Shown: in pieces, positions 60,861 to 64,000 of the stretch | Layout of the letters: each line of letters starts with the position of its first letter | Position numbering within the stretch: the stretch's first letter is position 1 | Source: Callorhinchus milii | Taxonomy: Eukaryota | DNA length: 64,000 nucleotides | Assembly: GCF_018977255.1 (NCBI RefSeq) | Contig: NW_024704743.1 | Span: 92,568,001-92,632,000, forward strand | Direction of reading: 5' to 3' | Notes under the pieces: generated by a model | The model's input: only the letters and a program-made list of their open reading frames with translations | Told to the model about the DNA's origin: nothing | Databases searched by the model: none | Translations under genes and position numbers: made by a program

Positions 60861-62139
60861 ATTATGTAGGGTAGAAACTCTGTAATATGCAGCACTAGCA
60901 TCAATTCATAATTGAGAGAGTAAACTAGAATGATGATCATCAATTAACATCCTAAATTCCTGTGAGGAATTAGCGTGTTTTTTTTCAGAATACCGCAGCT
61001 ATATCCAAACTGTGGAAAGGGATTTAAATTTCCGCACTTTTTGGGTACTTTTGTAAGATGTCCAAAATTATATTATCTTGAGATGGACGTAAGCAGCATC
61101 TGTTTCCAGATCCTTGGAACAGCCTAAGCTAAAATGGTACTAGCAGGTGTAAAGCTATTGAGAAAATACACAGGAACAGTAGTTAAGTACTCAAAAATGT
61201 TTAAAAATAAATAAATATTTAAATATATAAATCCTTATTAATGCATCTACCATCTGCATGCTATGATGTGCCTTTACTCTTCCTAGCAACCAATCTGGTG
61301 TTGCCTCCTTGTGTGCTCAATAGCCTGACCATCTTCCTGACCATTGTGTTGCATTGATCTCACCTTTGCACTGGCCTTCATTTGTTCAAACTTCCTCCTA
61401 ACCTGACTTCTGGACATTTTGTATTTCTGCCAGAATTAACCCTGTGCATCACCTGGTATCAGGCCATGAGGTTACCCAGAGGCAACACTGAGGCACAAAC
61501 ACCAAAACAATTTCTGGGAAGACCTGCTTACTGATGCACTCAGCTTCAGCCTGTTTAGTCTCCCTCGTCTCATTCTACCTGATCCACTCAAGTAATCCAT
61601 GTGTCTTTTGCCATTTTCGATTGAAATGGATGTAAATATACAGTAGACCCGTCCAGGTGTTGATTAGTACATTGTTGTGCATGTTCATCAGGACCCAGAG
61701 TCTTGATCTAAAAACTCCTTCTGATTTTGCTACTGTTAGTTTTGTAACATTCCAGAGACTATCACTCACAAACTTTAATTTCTCTGCATTAATGTTTAGG
61801 ATTAAAAGAAAATCGAGCATCACTGTCAAAAACCCTGGCTAGCTAGCAGCTATATTTGTATAATGCCCACAAAATATAAAGGCATATATGGAAGAGGTGT
61901 CTCTGGAAAACCCTTTACATAATGTGGACTCTGAAAAGCTTTTTAGGTAATATAATATAACTGAGCGCACTTTGAATCCCTAGCCTTGCTAGCATTCAAT
62001 GCCTGCAGCTATAAAAATCTGAGCGTGCTTCTTAAAGCTGTTTAGAAAGTAGTTCTCAACAAGCTGAAATTGATTTATTAGCAGAAGGAGCCCTGTTAGG
62101 TTTCTTAAAAACTATTAACTTCCTTTTCGAAATATATAA

Positions 62140-62310
62140 AATGGTCACTTCAATCCAAAACTATTTGTGGGATTGCTGTGCTCAATTGGCTGCCGGGTTT
62201 CTCCCACAAAATTTACAGTTCAATTCACTTTACAGTATATTCTGTGAAACACTTTGAGACGTCTCGAAGATGTGATAAGGCGCTTTATCAAATGCAAGGA
62301 TTATTATTAT
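62140..62310 (+). mobile_element. tRNA-Ala-headed SINE 3' half
   Basis: Body and tail AAATGCAAGG(ATT)n; a short minus-strand L2 tail follows at ~62330-62395. Confidence 0.8.
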
Positions 62311-64000
62311 AATATCAAAGGAAGGAAGAAGAACAACAACAAGATTACATTTGTATAGCGCCTTTCATGTCAGGAGGTCGTCTCAAGGCACTGGGAGTGT
62401 TGAAGCTTTGAACTGTGAGGTGATGTCAGAATTTGGATAAAAGGCCGTCAAAAAGAACATTAAGTTTAGCAAAAATGACCAGTCGCTCTTTGTAAAAACA
62501 AGAGAGAGCATTTGCTCTGTAAATGTGAAATGGCAAGTGGTTTAATAAGATTCCAATAGCAAGAGACATTTTGTACTTCTCCTAATAGAACTCTCCATCC
62601 ATTCAATGATTTGCTGCAGAAAATTAACCAATACGGCAACTGCAGCTGCCCAAATCCAAAGAAATAAACAACAGAGGAAGTGAAAGCACACAGCACAATA
62701 TCAATAAATTAGAGAGTGCTTCACACTTAACTGTCTTGAATGTTCAATAATGAGAAAACATCTTTCACATCTGTTGTTTGTTTAAAGCATTTAACTAGTA
62801 ATGGGCAGGTAAAGCTGTAGAATGTTAGAAAGTATGAAGCTATTCAGGAGACTACACTGGATGTTTGTGCCAATGTCTTGAACAGAGTACTTATCTCACA
62901 TGCTTTATTGCTTGACACTTTGGATTGTAAATTGCTTGCACAAACACACTGAAAGGATGATTCGGTGTGCTTGCTTCAAGTCCACATTAATTTGCTGCAA
63001 CTCATGACCTGAAACTTCTGAACTGGTTAGGATATGGAAATGAAAAGTTCTCATAACATGACAAGTACAGATTCAACCAATACATTTAAGTTCAAAGATA
63101 CACTCCAACACAAGGATGAAAAATAAGGTATGTGATATCATAGTTATAACATTTGCTATAATTTTGGCTTAATTCCATCAAGGCAGCTAAAAGGCAACAA
63201 TTGTAGGCTACATTCTCAGCCTGTAAATATCTTATCCTTGAACTTTTTAATTTCCAGTAACTTGTCAAACCCTTCTAAAAAAAAATACAATGTTTTCTTA
63301 AGGTTAAGGTATAAGTTAATTTGACAGTGCTCACTATGGCAAGTTATGTGGTGTAAGGATCACTTGCAAAATAGCAAAGCACACCAGTAATGGCTTCAAC
63401 CTTGGGATGTCCTCCCGGAATGAACGGCACTTTACAAATGTAATGTTATTGTTGTTGTTGTGCTAGCTTTCCTCCAGATTCTTCTTCTCCAAACTTAGCT
63501 AAACTTCCATCTTTTAAACCCCAAGGTCAGTCCGTGTGACCCTTTCAGGCAAATGTAGAGTTCAAAGGTTGTTTAGCCCAATCACAGTTCAAAATCGAAT
63601 TGTCCAATTATATTTTAGAACTGTTCAGTGCTGTTCATCTTACCTCACTTCAGGGTCATTTGTGCTCTCATCAAAGAGAAATGTGGTCCAAGAATCCATC
63701 ACTTATTGCAGACACTTTTTCAGTCATAAAACATTGCTTTGCGATGTCTCAACGCATGAAAAGGCATTATATCAAGTGCTAGGATTATTATTAATATTTA
63801 TTATTATCTACATCCTGACCTGTTTGACAGCTCTCAGGCCGTGAAGCTTCTTCCTTGGCACTAAACCCTGTAAATTGTGACAATAATTAATACCTGTAAA
63901 AGAGTATCAAACAACCCCACAGATTGTTACAGCACAGAAATAGGCGATTCAGGTCATCAAGTCTGTCTGTGTTGGTGTTTTCTGCTCATGAGACAATCTA

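Noticed and set aside
60865..62100. Possible Harbinger-like MITE with degenerate inverted ends
   Set aside because: The inverted similarity is only patchy, and I could not establish TIRs, a TSD or transposase motifs by eye.

Overview
This is a repeat-rich, apparently non-coding 64-kb window from a vertebrate. The repeat content points to a cartilaginous fish, probably a chimaera such as Callorhinchus (inference). I found no host protein-coding exon, rRNA, true tRNA gene or CRISPR array. The ORFs I can assign come from retrotransposons; most of the rest look like chance ORFs. The window holds many 5'-truncated L2 and CR1 LINE fragments and two related SINE groups: older Deu-domain (SacSINE1-type) SINEs and a younger tRNA-Ala-headed SINE in long and short forms. 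It also holds a decayed Penelope-like element (RT + GIY-YIG) with two satellite insertions carrying hammerhead-ribozyme-like cores, and a young 1,044-bp solo LTR with a 4-bp TSD nested inside an L2. An unclassified ~600-bp repeat occurs three times. Unique AT-rich stretches look like conserved enhancers, but this is unverified. The most unusual signal is at 32.8-34.3 kb: a Tx1-like ORF2 C-terminus followed by two diverged copies of a short Cys/His-rich reading frame with codon-periodic divergence, a candidate extra retrotransposon gene. Boundaries of old repeats are approximate (tens of bp).
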